Part shown: in pieces, positions 1-13,400 of the stretch | Layout: the number at the start of each line of letters is the position of its first letter | Position numbering within the stretch: position 1 is the first letter of the stretch | NCBI GenBank assembly: GCA_052327205.1 | Contig: JBMRGM010000043.1 | Location: 31,186,001-31,250,000, forward strand | Direction of reading: 5' to 3' | DNA from: Somniosus microcephalus | Lineage: Eukaryota | DNA: 64,000 bases | Translations under genes and position numbers: made by a program | The notes under the pieces: model-generated | Databases searched by the model: none | The model's input: the letters and a program-made list of their open reading frames with translations, nothing else | What the model was told of the DNA's origin: nothing

Positions 1-1165
1 AGGATACTTGTAGTCTTCAGGGTAACATAGACAGGAATGGTTAAATGGGCAGAAGCATGGCAGTTGGAGTTCAACCCTGAGAACTGCGAAGTGATGTACT
101 TCTGGAGAACTAATCTGGAAAGACAATATACAATAAAGGATTCGATTTTGAAAATGGTGGATGAGCAGAGATGACTTGATGTGCTTATAAACAAATTCTT
201 AAATATGGCAGGACAAGTTGCTAAGTTGGTTAAAGCAGCATAGGGAACACTTGTATTTTTTAAATATCGGCTTAGAATATAAAAGCAAAGAGAACATGCT
301 AGAACTTTTGAAATCAGTAGTTAGACCTCAGCTGGCCAATTCTAGGCAGCAACTTGCCAAGGCTGCTTCGACAGCACCTCCGAAACCCGCTATCTCTTCC
401 ACCTAGAAGGACAAGGCGCATCAGAACACCACCTCCGAGTTCCCCTCCAAGTCAAACACCATTCTGCCTTAGAAGTATATCGCCGCTCCTTAATCGTCGC
501 TTGGGCCAATGTCCTGGAACTCCCTCCCTAACAGCACTGTGGGAGTACCTTCACCGCACGGACTGCAGCGGTTCAAGAAGGCGGCTAACCACCACCTTCT
601 CAAGGGCAATTAGCGATGGGGAGTATATGCTGGCGTTGTCAGCGACGCCCACATCCCAAATACAAATAAAATCACACTTCAGGAAACATGCAAGAGGCAA
701 AGAAAGCATACAGAGGATGTTTACAGGATATTACCAGGGATGAGGGACTTTATTTACGAGGAGTGGTTGGAAAATTAGGAGGTGGAAGAGAGAAGGTTAA
801 GGGGTGAGTCAATAGTGATTTTCAAGAGGACGAGAGGTTTTGTTAGAGTAGATAGAGAAACAATATTCCCTCTTGATCAATAACTAGAGTTCATAGATTT
901 AACATCATTGTAAAAAGATCTTGAGGGGAGATGTGGAGAACTATTTTTCATTCAGAGAGTTGTCGGTATCTAGAACACTCCAACTGAAAATTTGGTGGAA
1001 GCGATTTCCATCAATAACTTTAGCAGTTAATTGGACGGATCTTTGAGGATGAGGACCTTACAGGGCTGCAGACAAAAGCCAGGGATATGGGACTAAGCAA
1101 GATTGCTCCTTCACGGAGTTCGATGTTCTCTGTAGCTACTGCTGAATGTTTCTATGATGCTGTAA
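1..1165 (+). mobile_element. Degenerate CR1-type LINE 3' part with a nested LINE 3' fragment (~337-670)
   Basis: KWAEAWQLEFNPENCEVM and VRPQL...HFRKH RT C-terminal motifs split by an element ending gcccacatcccaaatacaaataaaa. Confidence 0.8.
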
Positions 1166-1237
1166 CATTTCGTTGAAAGTGAACTTTGAGTTGTTGATGC
1201 ATGAATCCTTAATATCTAAGAATATTTTCGTGCAAAG

Positions 1238-1329
1238 GGTGACAACTGAAAATAGATCTGTACCTCCGAGTGAAGAAACATCTGCGAGCAATTTCGAGTA
1301 TGCAGTTGGGGGATCAGCCCCAAATACTG
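1238..1329 (+). CDS. Gene A cytoplasmic exon (VTTENRSVPPSEETSASNFEYAVGGSAPNT)
   Basis: aag| acceptor and g|gtaagc donor; clear homology to exon 29998-30083 and its downstream intron. Confidence 0.8.
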
Positions 1330-2309
1330 GTAAGCATGAACTGACACTTGAAAAATATGGTAGATTGTTCATGGTAACATTTGTTCTGCTGGTAACCCAC
1401 TGTCACATCAGTGGAAGTTCAGTGAAAACTTTAGGGAGACGGCCGTTTCACATGACTTGCACCAATATTCCGCCGACATTGCGACGGGACATGGTGGAAA
1501 TCGACCATGGACATTGGAGATCTTCATCTGCAAGCATTCAGCATATTTTGTTAGATTTATAACTTACTGCCTGGACAGGTAGCATCGCATGGGTTGAGCA
1601 TACGAAGGGAAATAGTTTGGGGTCGTTGGCACGGTCCATTTGAACCATGTTGATAGAAAGAAATGCAGGTGGTTCAGTAAAGGATGTGCCTGTTGCCCCA
1701 GCAGACTGAGCTGTCTGCGCTCTTTGCAGATGATGCTAACTGCTCCGACGCCAAGACAAAAAGCTACCCCTTATTCCCTTTTCCTTTTGAATTAATTATT
1801 TCCTCTACTTCTCATTCTTCTTTTTCTGAAGTTAGTGGGTCCCAATCGGCCGGGATTGATAGGAAGGCATCTGGGTGCTAGTCCATATGTGTTAATCTCA
1901 GAAACTGATAATCAGACATAATGAGCAATATCTTGAGTACTCAATTGACATTGGGACCTGTCTCCTCACAACCACTACAAATCAAATTTCCAAGCAAAGA
2001 ATGATGGAACTGGACCTCTCACCGCTATCTGGGTGAAAGGAATGGAGAGAATGAGAGAATGTGCTGCTCACCACCACCCTGTTTATAAGCAAGTGACTCA
2101 GCCCAGCCCCATGGCTTGGGACCAAGACACTTCATGACTTTGCTCACGGGACTTTGGATCAGCTTGTATTGATCAGGGTAAATAGTTGCTAGCTTTTAAA
2201 ACCAGTGAACACAGCTGTAAATTTCCAATCATGAATTGTAGGATGGGTCTGGTATCTAAGTGCTTCCTTGATTATCATTGATCGCAGTTTCCTCTTTCTC
2301 TCTCTACAG

Positions 2310-2366
2310 CTTCTAGTTCTGATCAGGTAACCTACAGTTTAGTAGAAGGCACGAAGCCCATGGAAG
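2310..2366 (+). CDS. Gene A cytoplasmic exon with ITIM VTYSLV
   Basis: Polypyrimidine tract + tacag| and gaag|gtaagg; 57 nt, phase 1-1; SSSDQVTYSLVEGTKPME. Confidence 0.85.
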
Positions 2367-3115
2367 GTAAGGAATCGCTGTGTTACTTTGCTAGAGGGCT
2401 TGTTAACTACTGTAAGTGTAGAGTCTGTCTTCAGTTTGTGAGACGTCATCTGGGAAGAGCCTGAATCGATTGATGCATTATAGGACTGACACCACAGTAC
2501 CAGTATTTGTAAAAGAAAAAATCACTATAGGCTCTTTGTAAGTTCCATCTCTCGGGATTAGTATCCTTAGAACCTGCACACAAACTCCCCTGTTCTGGTT
2601 TTTTGATAACATCATAACTGGCCGGACTATTAATGTTGCCATAAACTGCAATGACGATAACAAATGCTTAATATAAGTCGATCGATACATTTGAAGGCAA
2701 ATAATGTGTACTTTTGGTGGCAAACATCATCCACTCTTGGACATTTAAATCAATGCTATTCAATTAATGGTTATATATCATCCTTATTAAACTGATGGAA
2801 AAGACATGATCTATTCCCATGCACTATATTCATATTATGGATACTAATACGGTTGTCTCAATTCATTATCGCTATCAATTAATTTATATCAAGCAATCAA
2901 TCAGTCTACCTTTGTAAATGGCTATCCATTTATCCATCAATATGTTTCTATCTATGTATCTATCTATCTTTATATCTATTTTCCAAATATCTATATCTTT
3001 CTATCTATCTCCCCGTGTCTTCCTCCCTATTTCTCTATATATATCTATCGTCTCTCTATCATCTATATATTAATCCCTCGTTTTTGACTTGTTTTCTCTT
3101 TTTGTTTCTGTTTAG

Positions 3116-3181
3116 ATATTACCGGAAATGCTGCCAATTTAGTGTATTCGGAGGTCACTATCAGAAAGTCACGAGACTGTG
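3116..3181 (+). CDS. Gene A cytoplasmic exon with ITIM LVYSEV
   Basis: Strong T-rich tract + tttag| and tg|gtaaat; 66 nt, phase 1-1; ITGNAANLVYSEVTIRKSRDC. Confidence 0.85.
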
Positions 3182-3289
3182 GTAAATTCTGTGAATTGTT
3201 CGCTGCTGTTGCTAAGGGAGATGATAATTACAGTTCTAGATAATGTTGGGATATTCCTGTGCTTGGTATAGTGGGAATGAGGCACATGG

Positions 3290-5665
3290 ACTGTAAACTA
3301 AATAGTGGGGGTTGGGAATCAGGTGAAGGGGAACTTCGAAAGTCAAAGAGAAGGTAGAAGGTAATAGTGCAAGGTAGCGATAGGGTTAATGATAACTAGA
3401 GAGTGACAGGAGGAGATAGAGCATACAAACATAAACGTGCAACTACACATAGATTCAGAGTCGGTAAAAATGGTATAAAATAAATAAAAGTTATTTATCT
3501 GAATGCACACAGCATTCGTAACAAGATAGATGAGTTGGCGGCATGAAGAGAAATAAATGTGTGTGATCTGAAAGCCATTACAGAGACGGGGTTGCAAGGT
3601 GACCAAGGCTGGGAACTGAATATTCAGGGGTATTTGACATTTCGGAAGAATAGGCAGAAAGCAAAAGGAGTTGGGTAGCTCTTTTAATAAAGGATGATAT
3701 CAGTGCAGTGACGAGAAATGATATTGCCTCAGGAAATCAAGATGTAGATATAGTTTAAACGGAGAGAAGAAATAATAAGTGAAATAAGTCACTAGAGGGA
3801 GCAATCTATAGGCCTCGTAAAAGTACCTACACTGTAGGACAGAGTATAAATCTTGAAATAATATTGGCTTGTAAGAAATATACTGTGATAATCATGGGCA
3901 ATTTTAATCTTTATATAGATTGAACAAATCGAATTGACAAGGTTAGCCTTGAGGACGAGTTCATAGAATGGATTCAGGATGTTTTGCTAGAACAATACGC
4001 TGTGGAATCAACCAGGGAGAAGGCTATTTTAGACCTGGCAATATGTAATGAGGCAGGATTAATTCATGATCTCATGGTAAAGGATTCTCTAGGGAACAGT
4101 GATCATAGCATGATGAATTTCTAATTCAGTTTGAGGGTGAGAAACTTGGGTCTGAAACTAGTGTCCTAAACTTAAATAAAGGCAGTTACAAAGGTATGAA
4201 GGCAGAGTTGGCTAACGTAGACTGGGAAAATAGATTAATGAGTAAGACGGTAGAAAATCAGTGACAGGTATTTAAGGATATTTTTCGTAACTCTCAGCAA
4301 AGATTTATTCCAGCGTCAAAGGCAGACTCTACGAGAAGGATGAACATCTGTGGCTAACTAAAGAAGTTAAAGACGGTATCAAATTGAAAGAAAAGGCAGA
4401 TAATGTTGCAAAAATTAGTGGTAGGTCAGAGGATTGGGAGATTTTTGGAATTCGGCACAGGATGAATAAAAAACTAATAAAGAGGAAGAAATAGATTATG
4501 AAAGGAAACTAGCACAAAATATAAAGAAACAGACAGTAAGAGCTTCTACATGTATATAAATGGGAAGAGAATAGCTAAAGTAAACGTTGGTCACTTAGAG
4601 GATGGGACTGGGGAATTAATAATGGGAAACAGGGAAATGGCAGAGACTTTGAATACACTAAAAGCATCACAATAATAATTGGTAGTCAAGGGCTATGTTC
4701 ACAATATATATCAGTAATTTAGGTGAGGGTACCAAATGTAATATTTCCAAGTTTGCTGACGTCACGAAACCAGGTGGGATTGTGAGTTGTGAGGAGGATG
4801 CAAAGAGGCTTCAAGGTGATTTGGAGAAGTTGAGTGAATGGGCAAATACATGGCAGATGCAGTATAACGTGGATAAATGTGAGGTTATCCATTTCGGTAC
4901 AATAAACAGAAAGTCTGAATATTATTTAAATGTTGATAGATTGGGAAATGCTGAATTACAGAAGGACCTGGCCGTCCCTGTACACCAGTCACTGAAAGCA
5001 AACATGGAGGTGCAGCAAGCAGTTAGGATGGCAAATTATATGTTGGCCTCCATTGCAAGATGACTTAAGTAGAGGGAAAATGAAACCTTACTACATTATA
5101 CGTGGCCTTGGTGAGACCTTGTGCATTTTTGGTCTCCTCACCTAAGAAAGGATAAACTTGCCACAGAGGGAGTGCAGCGAATGTTCACCAGTCTGATTCC
5201 TGGGAAAGCAGGACTGTCGGATGAGCAGAGATTTGGTCGACTAGGCCTGTATTCACTAGAGTTTAGAAGAATGAGAGGGGATCTCATTGAAACGTATAAA
5301 ATTCTGACAGTGCTAGACAGACGGGATGCAGGGAGGATGTTTCCCTGGCTGGGCGGGTGGGGTCTAGAATGATGGGTCACAGTCTCAGGATGCGGGGTAG
5401 GACATTTAGGACTGAGATGAGGAGAAATTTCTTCACTCAGAGGGTGGTGAACCTATGTAATTCTCTACCACAGATGGCTGTCGAGGCCAAGTAACTGAAT
5501 ATATTTTTAGAAGGAGATAGCTAGATTTCCAGACACAAAAGGCATCAAGGGGTATGAGTAGAGAGCGCGAATATGATATTGAAATAGATAATCAGCCATG
5601 ATCACTTGAATGGCGAGCAGGCTCAAAGGGATGAATGGCCTACTCCTGCTACTAATTTTCAATTC
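3290..5665 (+). mobile_element. CR1-type LINE, internally deleted (APE endonuclease + RT C-terminus + 3' tail)
   Basis: YLNAHSIRNKIDEL endonuclease start, ISKFADVTK, WQMQYNVDKCEV, tail ggcctactcctgct; most of the RT is missing at ~4690. Confidence 0.9.
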
Positions 5666-5679
5666 ACTATGTTTTCTAA

Positions 5680-7265
5680 ATCAATGACTATCACTAGAGA
5701 AAAACTGCGAGGCAAATTAATGAGACTAAAGACTGACAATTGCCCTGGACCTGATGGCCTACTTTCAAGGGTCTTAAAAGAAGAGGCTCCAGAGATACTG
5801 GATGCGTTGTTTGTAATCGACCAAAATTCCATGGATTCTGGCGAGCTCCCAGTGCCTTGGAGAACCGCAAATGAAGCACTTCTATTAAAGAAAGGAGGGA
5901 GGCAAAAAGCAGGAAACTATAGGCCAGTTAGCCTAACATCTGTCATTGGGAAAATGCGGGAATCCATTATTAAGGAAGTCATAGCAGGACATTTAGAAAA
6001 TCCTAATGCAAACAAGCAGAGTCAACATGGTTTTATGGAAGGGAAATTGTGCTTGACAAATTTACCAGAGTTCTTTGAGGATGTAACGAGCAGGGTGGAT
6101 AAAGGGGGACCATTAGATGTGGTGTATTTGAATTTCCAGAAGGCATTCGATAAGTTGCCACATAAAAGGTTACTGCACAAGATAAGAGCTCATGGGGTTG
6201 GGAGTAATATATTAGCATGGATAGTGGATAGGATAACTAACAGAAAAATAAAAAGCCGGGATAAATGGGTCATTTTCCAGTTGGCAAACTTTAACTAGTG
6301 GGGTGCCACAAGAATCAGTGCTGGGGCCTCAACTATTTACACTCTATAGTAATGACCGGGCCAAATTTGCTGATGATACAAAGATAGGTGGGAAACAAAT
6401 TGTGAGGAGTACACAATTAGTTTGCAAATATAGATATGTTAAGTAAGTGGGCAAAAATATCGCAGATGAAGATTAATGTGGGAAAATGTGAGATTATCAA
6501 CTTTGGTAAGAAAATTAAAACAACAAATTATTATTTAAATGGAGGGAGACTATTTAATCCTGCCATACAGAGGGATCTGGGTGTCCTCGTATTTGAAACA
6601 CAAAAGGTTAGCATTCAGGTACAGAAAGTAATTAGGAAGCAAATGGAATGTTGTCCTTTATTGCCAGGGGGTGGAGCATTAAAGTAGGGAAATCTTGCTA
6701 CAACTGGAGTACTGCATGCAGTTTTGGTCTCCTTATTTCAGGCGGGATATACCTGCATTGGAGATAGTTCAGAGAGGGTTCACTAGGCTAATTCCTGAGA
6801 TGAAGCGATTGTCTTCTGAAGAAACGTTGAGCAGGATGGGCCCATACACATTGGAGTTTAGAAGAATGAGAGGTGATCCTATTGAAACATATAAGATTCT
6901 GAGGGAGCCTGACAGGGTAGATTTAGGGAGGATGTTTCCCCTCGTGGGGTAATCTAGAAGTAGGGGGCACAGTCTCAGGATAAGGGATCGCCCATTTAAA
7001 ATGGCGATGAGGAGTAATTTCTTCTCTGAGGTTCGTGAATCTTTGGAATTCTCTACCCCAGTGAGCTGTGGAGGCGGAGTCATTGATTGTATTCAAGGCA
7101 GAGATAGACATATATGTGAGCTACAGGGGAGTGAAGGTTTTTGAGGAGCGGATGGGAAAGTGGCGTTGAGGGCAATATCAGATGAGACATGATCTTATTG
7201 AATGGTGGTGCAGGTTCGAGGGACCGAATGGCCTACTCTTGCTCCTATTGCTTATGTTTCTTATG
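5680..7265 (+). mobile_element. 5'-truncated CR1-type LINE (RT)
   Basis: PGPDG...NYRPVSLTSVIGK...QHGF...YLNFQKAFDKLPH; 3' tail cctattgcttatgtttcttatg. Confidence 0.92.
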
Positions 7266-7553
7266 AAATATCACGTAGATGTTATTAGCACATGTAATTT
7301 TTACCTTACTCAGCCTGGCCGAAAATGGACAGGGTCTGGTGAAATGTCGGTTCTCAATCGCACCCATTTTTACTCTCCTACTACAATGGAGAGAAAATCC
7401 ACTGGGGATAAACCCAGAAATTGTCCCGATCCCTTCAGTTTACCGGTAGGGTAGGTGAGATTAAAATGACCCCGGATTAGGCTGGATTCATCTAATTCTG
7501 TTCATCAACTTCCCCAGATTGTTTCATTTATAATGCGTCTCCTTTATTTACAG

Positions 7554-7585
7554 GTAATGATGGTGGCGCCTCAGGAAGGAAACAG
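7554..7585 (+). CDS. Gene A cytoplasmic mini-exon (GNDGGASGRKQ)
   Basis: tttacag| and cag|gtaagt consensus sites; 32 nt, phase 1-0, which is required to join the flanking exons. Confidence 0.8.
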
Positions 7586-8174
7586 GTAAGTTATCTTTAT
7601 AGGGGAAAGATGCTGCTGATAAATACCACGACCAATGCGGGTAGATTTCTAACTTACCTTCGCAAAGTAAAGTGTCAGCCATCAGTTATAGCAATGGCCC
7701 GATTGAAACACACACCCTTATTGAAAAGATAGTCGTTTGGACTGTGAACCGAGCAGCACATTCGCTGTCACCCGTTATGGTCCCACACTGCCCAAAAGCA
7801 ATTTTAAACCTGATGTCTATTATTCTCTATCATTGGGGCAGATATTCTGCTTGCTTCTTGGGCTTAATAGAGGCAATCAGGATCTTTCACGCAGAATAGA
7901 AAACGCACACATTTAATTTGCATTGATTTGAATTAAAAGTAGAATCCGGCGGTTCCGATCAGTGCAAGTTTTAAGCCTTGACCCAATTTCTAATATCCAC
8001 ATCATTCTGTCTGCAAAGGTCATCACTAAACTGAATATATTGTCTCCACCCCACTCAAGTAGCCAGTGAATAGTAATTTAATTCCCGACGATTATTTTAA
8101 AAATTCAGTTACCAGTTGTTTACAAAATGGTAAAGACAATTGTAGATTCATTCCCCCGAAAGTTCATTGCAATC

Positions 8175-8767
8175 ATGGGTGCAGTAGCTTAGTGGTGACA
8201 TAACTGGACTAATAATCCAGAGGCTTCGACTAATGATCCGAAGAAATGAATTCAAATCCCACCACCGGCAGCTGGGGAATGTAAACTCAGTTAAATAAAT
8301 AAATCTGGGATAAAAAGCTGATAACAGTAAAGGCGACCACGACACTCTCAGGTTGTTGTAAAACCCAACTAATGTCCTCCAGGAAGGAAATTGGCTGTCC
8401 TTACCTGGTCTACCCTATATGTGACTCCAGACCCACTGCCAATGTGGTTGACAGTTAACTGCCCCTGAAATGGCCGAGCAAGCGGCGCAATCGCAACAAA
8501 CCATTACGAAAAGATGTTACCCCTATGGTAACACCTTCCCCTCCAAGTCACACACCATCCTGACTTGGAAGTACATTGCCATTCCTTCATCGTCGCTGGG
8601 TCAAACTCCTGGAACTCCCTGTCTAACAGCACTGTGGGATAACCTTCACCACACAGATGCAGCATTCCAAGAAGGCGGCTCACCACCACCTTCTCCAAGG
8701 CAATTAGGGAGGAGCAATAAATGCGGGCCTTGCCAGTGATGCCCACATCCTGTGAATGAATAAAAAG
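8175..8767 (+). mobile_element. tRNA-headed SINE with LINE-derived 3' tail
   Basis: A/B-box-like head (tagcttagtgg...ttcaaatccc); tail shared with 337-670 and 25030-25145, ending tgaatgaataaaaa. Confidence 0.75.
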
Positions 8768-9068
8768 TTATCATCCCTTGTTTAAATTTAGTCGTTGGTT
8801 TATTCATTGCTCGTTTCATTCCAACCATTTTCTTTAATTTTTTTGCTATAAAATAAATTAAGAGAGGAATCATAAGTGTATTTTTGTGTGACCTCAGCCA
8901 GTTAATTGTCAGTAGTTTTGAACACACTGAAAATCGGGCGATATTGAATTCGCCATCCATTATCCATCTCTCCCGACTTCCCTTCCACTGAAATAACCAC
9001 TGATTCTACCTCGCCAGCTGTGCACCACCGCCTGAGACCAATTTCAGCTTCCTGTTCATTAATTCCAG

Positions 9069-9197
9069 GCTAACAAGAATGGTCCCAACGACTATTGTGT
9101 CACATACGCCATAGTTAACCGTGCAAACACTGAAGCTAGTTTGGAAGGAGGCCCAATGGAAGAAGGCTGTGTCTACGAAAACTTTCCACGGAAATAA
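9069..9197 (+). CDS. Gene A terminal coding exon with ITIM VTYAIV and C-terminal YENF
   Basis: ttccag| acceptor, phase 0; ANKNGPNDYCVTYAIVNRANTEASLEGGPMEEGCVYENFPRK*; AATAAA near 9778 and 9874. Confidence 0.85.
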   Translation, partial: ANKNGPNDYCVTYAIVNRANTEASLEGGPMEEGCVYENFPRK

Positions 9198-10179
9198 GAG
9201 CAAAGCAGGATTAACAAGCATAGAAACAACAAAGAAAACAGAATGGAGGCAACGGCAATCAACTTGTGCTCTGCGCAAATTACCTGCCCTCAGGGACTTT
9301 AGTCTGAAGGCAGGTTAGGCCATTGTTCCTTGTGCAAGGCCTTCTAGGCACAGAGTTCGTGCCCGCCAGCCATTCAATTTATACGTATGTTTTACTCTGA
9401 CAGGACTTTATATCTCTGCAGCTTATATTTTGCAGAGGGTTCCTACCTCTGGCTTTGGTGGTGCTACCTGCAAGACTATACTGTTTGTAAGACCATTACA
9501 TCAGAATGTATACCCATTTTATCCATGTTAAAATGCAATTAACTAACGGGCGTGTTGGGGCCCTTGCTCTAATATTCTGCCAGTGTTCTTGAATGCTTCC
9601 GTAACTGCAGAGGGAGATCAGTAGATCTTCTGGAGAAATTATGCAAATGGCCGAAGGTGGGAGAAAACCTGTAGCAATTTCCAGGGTCAATTTTTTCTTT
9701 AATAATGTTGTAAAATGAATGCTATCAAATTGGCCGCTTGTATAACCCCACGGCCTATTTACTTTTCCATTATTTTCAATAAAGGAAAAGCGGGCATGAT
9801 GTACAATGGGAGCCTTGATTGATATCATACATTTCCCATCCTCGCCCAAATTCCAATCTATCTGAATGCCACAAATAAACTGTGTATAGAGTAACTGGTT
9901 ACTGCTTAATCTTCATCACCTTGGGGTTTAGCATTCGAGGGGCAGAGCGCAGGATAATACATCTGGCGGGGAGGATGGCTTGTTACTTGCAAAACCCATC
10001 GAATTTTGCTTTCTTTCAGCCTTTAAACATCAGGCCATTCCGTTACCGGTATCCCTCTTGCCAAATCTTCCATCCACATTCTGGCGGTAAAGTCTGAACT
10101 CTACCTCACCATATATTAGTGCCAAATGCATAAGACATAGCGTTTTGTATTGCTACATGATATGATGGGATTTTAAAAA

Positions 10180-11440
10180 TTACACAGAATTTAAAGCACA
10201 GTAACCGGCCATTCTGACCAACTGGTCTGTGCTTGTGTTTATGATGCACACGAGACTCTTCTCACCTTCTTTCGTCTAATCCTATCAATATCTCCTTTAA
10301 TTCCTTTCTCTCATATGTACTTATCCAGATTACCCTTTAAGATATCTGTGTTGTTAGCCTCCACCACCTAAACTTCTGGAATTTCTATAAGTGGACTCCT
10401 CTTCTCTATGCCTACCCTATCAAACCCCTTCATAATTTAAAATAACTCTACTCGTTCTCCCCTCAGACTTCTGTTTTCTACAGAAAAGAATCCCGATCTA
10501 TTAGTTATATCTTGAGAGTTAAGACGTTTCATTTCTGGTATAATGCTCCTCAATACGTTTTACCTTCTCTTTTTCCTCTATGCATTTTGTAATATATAAC
10601 AATAAAGAACATAAGAAGTAGGAGCAGGAGTAGACCATATGGAGCCTCGAGGCTGCTCTTGCATTCAATAAGATCATGGCTGATCTTCAAACTTAACTGC
10701 ACTTGTTTGCCCGGTCTCCATGTCCCATGTATCCACTAGAATCCAAAAATCGATCTTATCTCAGCCTTGAATGTACTGAACGATTCTGCATGCACAGCTA
10801 ATTGGGAAAGATAATTCCAAAGAGTAACTAACCTCTGAGTGAAGACATTTCTCCTCATCGCTGACCCATATCTTGAGACTATGCCCCCTAGTTATAGACT
10901 CTCCAGCCAGGGGAAACAGCCTGTCAGCATATAACCTGCAAATCCCCCTCTGAATCTTATGTTTCAATGAGCTCACCCCTCATTCTTCTAAAATCCAGTG
11001 CTTATGGTCTCAATCTACTCAATCTCTCCTCATCGGACAACCCTCTCATCCCGGGAATCAATCTAGTGGAGCTGCATTGAACCGCCTCTAAAATGGAGAC
11101 CACAAGTGTACACAATACTTTAATGTGGCCCAACTACGTTTCTATACAAATTTGACATGGCTTCTCTGCTTTTCAATGCATTTCCTCTAGAAATGCACGC
11201 CAATACTTTGGTAGCATTTTTAGGGCCTTGTCAAATTGCGTTACTAATTTTAATGATTTGTGAATGTGTACCCCTGGATACCTTTGCTCCTCTGCCACAT
11301 TTAGATTCTTATTTTGCGAGGATAAAGTGCTTCCTCATTCCTTCTACCAAAATTCACAACCTAACTATGTTAAAATTCGCTTGCCATGTAGATGCCCATT
11401 CAGCATGATTATTACCGTCTTTTTACATTTTATCGTGCTT
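10180..11440 (-). mobile_element. Old CR1 fragment with a younger CR1 3' fragment nested at ~10600-11090
   Basis: Two separate reverse-strand CR1 3' tails (~10185 and ~10605); FPLAGESITRGHSLKI. Confidence 0.8.
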
Positions 11441-11994
11441 CGACAATAACTTTTTATCGCTGAATAATAAATATAATGTTAAGAAATATTCCCTGTTGTT
11501 CACAGATTGAGACATAAGTGTAAGTCTATTCACTAGGATTTCAACAAACCTTCTGCTAATTCAATGCACAAATAAAATGGCTTTAGTTTGAAACTGGGCA
11601 ATGACCATGCCTTTCTGCCGGTGTTTCACTGGAGACTCTCTCCCAATGATTGGGTAGGACAGGGGAGGAAAAATGTATTTCTGGTGTCTTTCACTCATAT
11701 TCCGGTGCATATTTAAAATATATATATTTATTTTAATCAATAAGTATTCTTGGATGCAGCACAATATGAATATGGTAACAATTAATTCTGAAGATGGCTC
11801 CAAAATGATTAATTACTTTTTCGGAAAATTAGAGAATGTAATAACAAAAAATTTGTTAGTTTCTTATGGGCATTCCATATATTTATATAGCGCATTCTCA
11901 GTCTGTTTTAATCTACCTATCGAACTAACACTCTGTGTTTGACTTACGACCTATCTAAATATCTGTCTGTTTCTTCATCCTCAGTCTAACAAAT

Positions 11995-13400
11995 AATCAA
12001 AGGCATGCATCAATAGGACAGTTTTAGTTCCAATGATAGATTTTATCAGTAGAATCGTACAGGTACTAACCATAGAACTCTTTCAGTCGGCAAGTATATG
12101 TAATCAACATAGGCCTGTACGAGTAGGAGTATAAAGTTTGAAAAATGTTCCTGTAACAAAAGGACAGTATACTCACTAATCAAAGATCCGCAGCACTAGG
12201 ACAATATAAACAGTCATTAAAATATCTGAGCCAGTATGACAGTTAAGTTATTAATCAAAGGCCTGTACCAATAGGACAGTATAGATAATGATTAGAGACC
12301 TGCAGCAGTCGAACATTATAGGCACTAGTCATAGACCTGTAGCAAAAGGACAGATATTGGCCCAGAAATTCGGGTCTCCATGGGTGAGTACGCACGGGGT
12401 ACTCACCAGTAAGGCCGATGGAAGTGCCGGTTTCCAGCATGCACTGCGCATTCGCGGGAAACCGGCACTTCCTTTCCACTGAAAGCAGGGGTTCAGAGGT
12501 CACGTGCGCGGGGGAGGCTGCGTGTGCGCATCTAACTTACGTTTTTCTTACAGGTTTTTCCGTGAGGGTAAGTCTGCAGAATTTAGAAATACAAAAAGCA
12601 GGCGTAAGGTCTGCTTCTTACAAGGTAAATGGTGAATTAATTAAATTAAAACATTTTTTTCCACAGGTTTATTATTTTTAAATACTTTACAGCTAGGTAA
12701 GTTGATTATTAGTCCCGTTAGAATAAAAAAATATTTTTTTCAAAAATTTCTATTATTGTTTATAAATAGTTATTCCTTGTCATTTATAGTTTGTTTAGTG
12801 CTATTTTGGGGCCGTAGCACTTCCTGTCAAGACTTATGAATGGAGCATTCCCTGCTCCGATTGGCTGCTCATGGCCCACGTAATCCCAGGGGACACTTCA
12901 AATTAACTCTGCCCCTGGGATACGCAAGCACTGTGCGCCGGCAGTTTGACCAGGACCCGGATCGGAATCCCACGACTCAACCGCTGGCGCGCTAGGTTAG
13001 TGCAGATCAGGGGCTTACACCCGCAGGAAGCAACCGACCTACAATTCTGGGCCAATGTAATGAGCAATGACCGGCACCTCTAGGGCTATATATGTGCTAA
13101 TAACGAACGGCACGGTTAGTAAATTACAGGTTGCTTATCCAGTAGCTCTGCATCGGTCCCAGTCATAGACCAACACCAATGGAACTGTGCAGATTCTAAT
13201 TAGAGTTTGCCACAATATTATAGATTGGGTATTTATCGGAGATCTGTGCAAAGAGGACAGTATAGCTACTAATAGCTGGCCTGTACTAGAAGTCGTGTCT
13301 AAGTACTGATCATATACATTCTGCAGTAGGACAGTCGAGGCAGCAATCATAGACCTGCACCAGTAGGTGATACCTACAGTGAGCCCGAGAGAGGAACAAT
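11995..13400. repeat. Degenerate ~37-bp minisatellite (catagacctgtaccaataggacagtatag...), interrupted by a MITE; second copy at 43460-44170
   Basis: Recurring atagacctgt...taggacag units in tandem. Confidence 0.7.
12359..13053 (+). mobile_element. ~700-bp MITE-like element, copy 1
   Basis: Terminal inverted repeats ggcccagaaatt...aattctgggcc, AT-rich core; absent from the paralogous site near 43820. Confidence 0.8.

Larger units (their letters stand above)
1238..9197 (+). other. Gene A model (3' part only): inhibitory FCRL-like receptor; join(1238-1329,2310-2366,3116-3181,7554-7585,9069-9197)
   Basis: Five AG/GT-flanked exons with compatible phases (2-1,1-1,1-1,1-0,0-stop) splice into one open tail with VTYSLV, LVYSEV, VTYAIV and a terminal VYENFPRK*; the first exon is paralogous to gene B exon 29998-30083. 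Confidence 0.82.

Noticed and set aside
9404-9590. Alternative terminal exon of gene A
   Set aside because: The upstream exon 9069-9197 has the right phase, Tyr motifs and stop; this region is better read as 3' UTR
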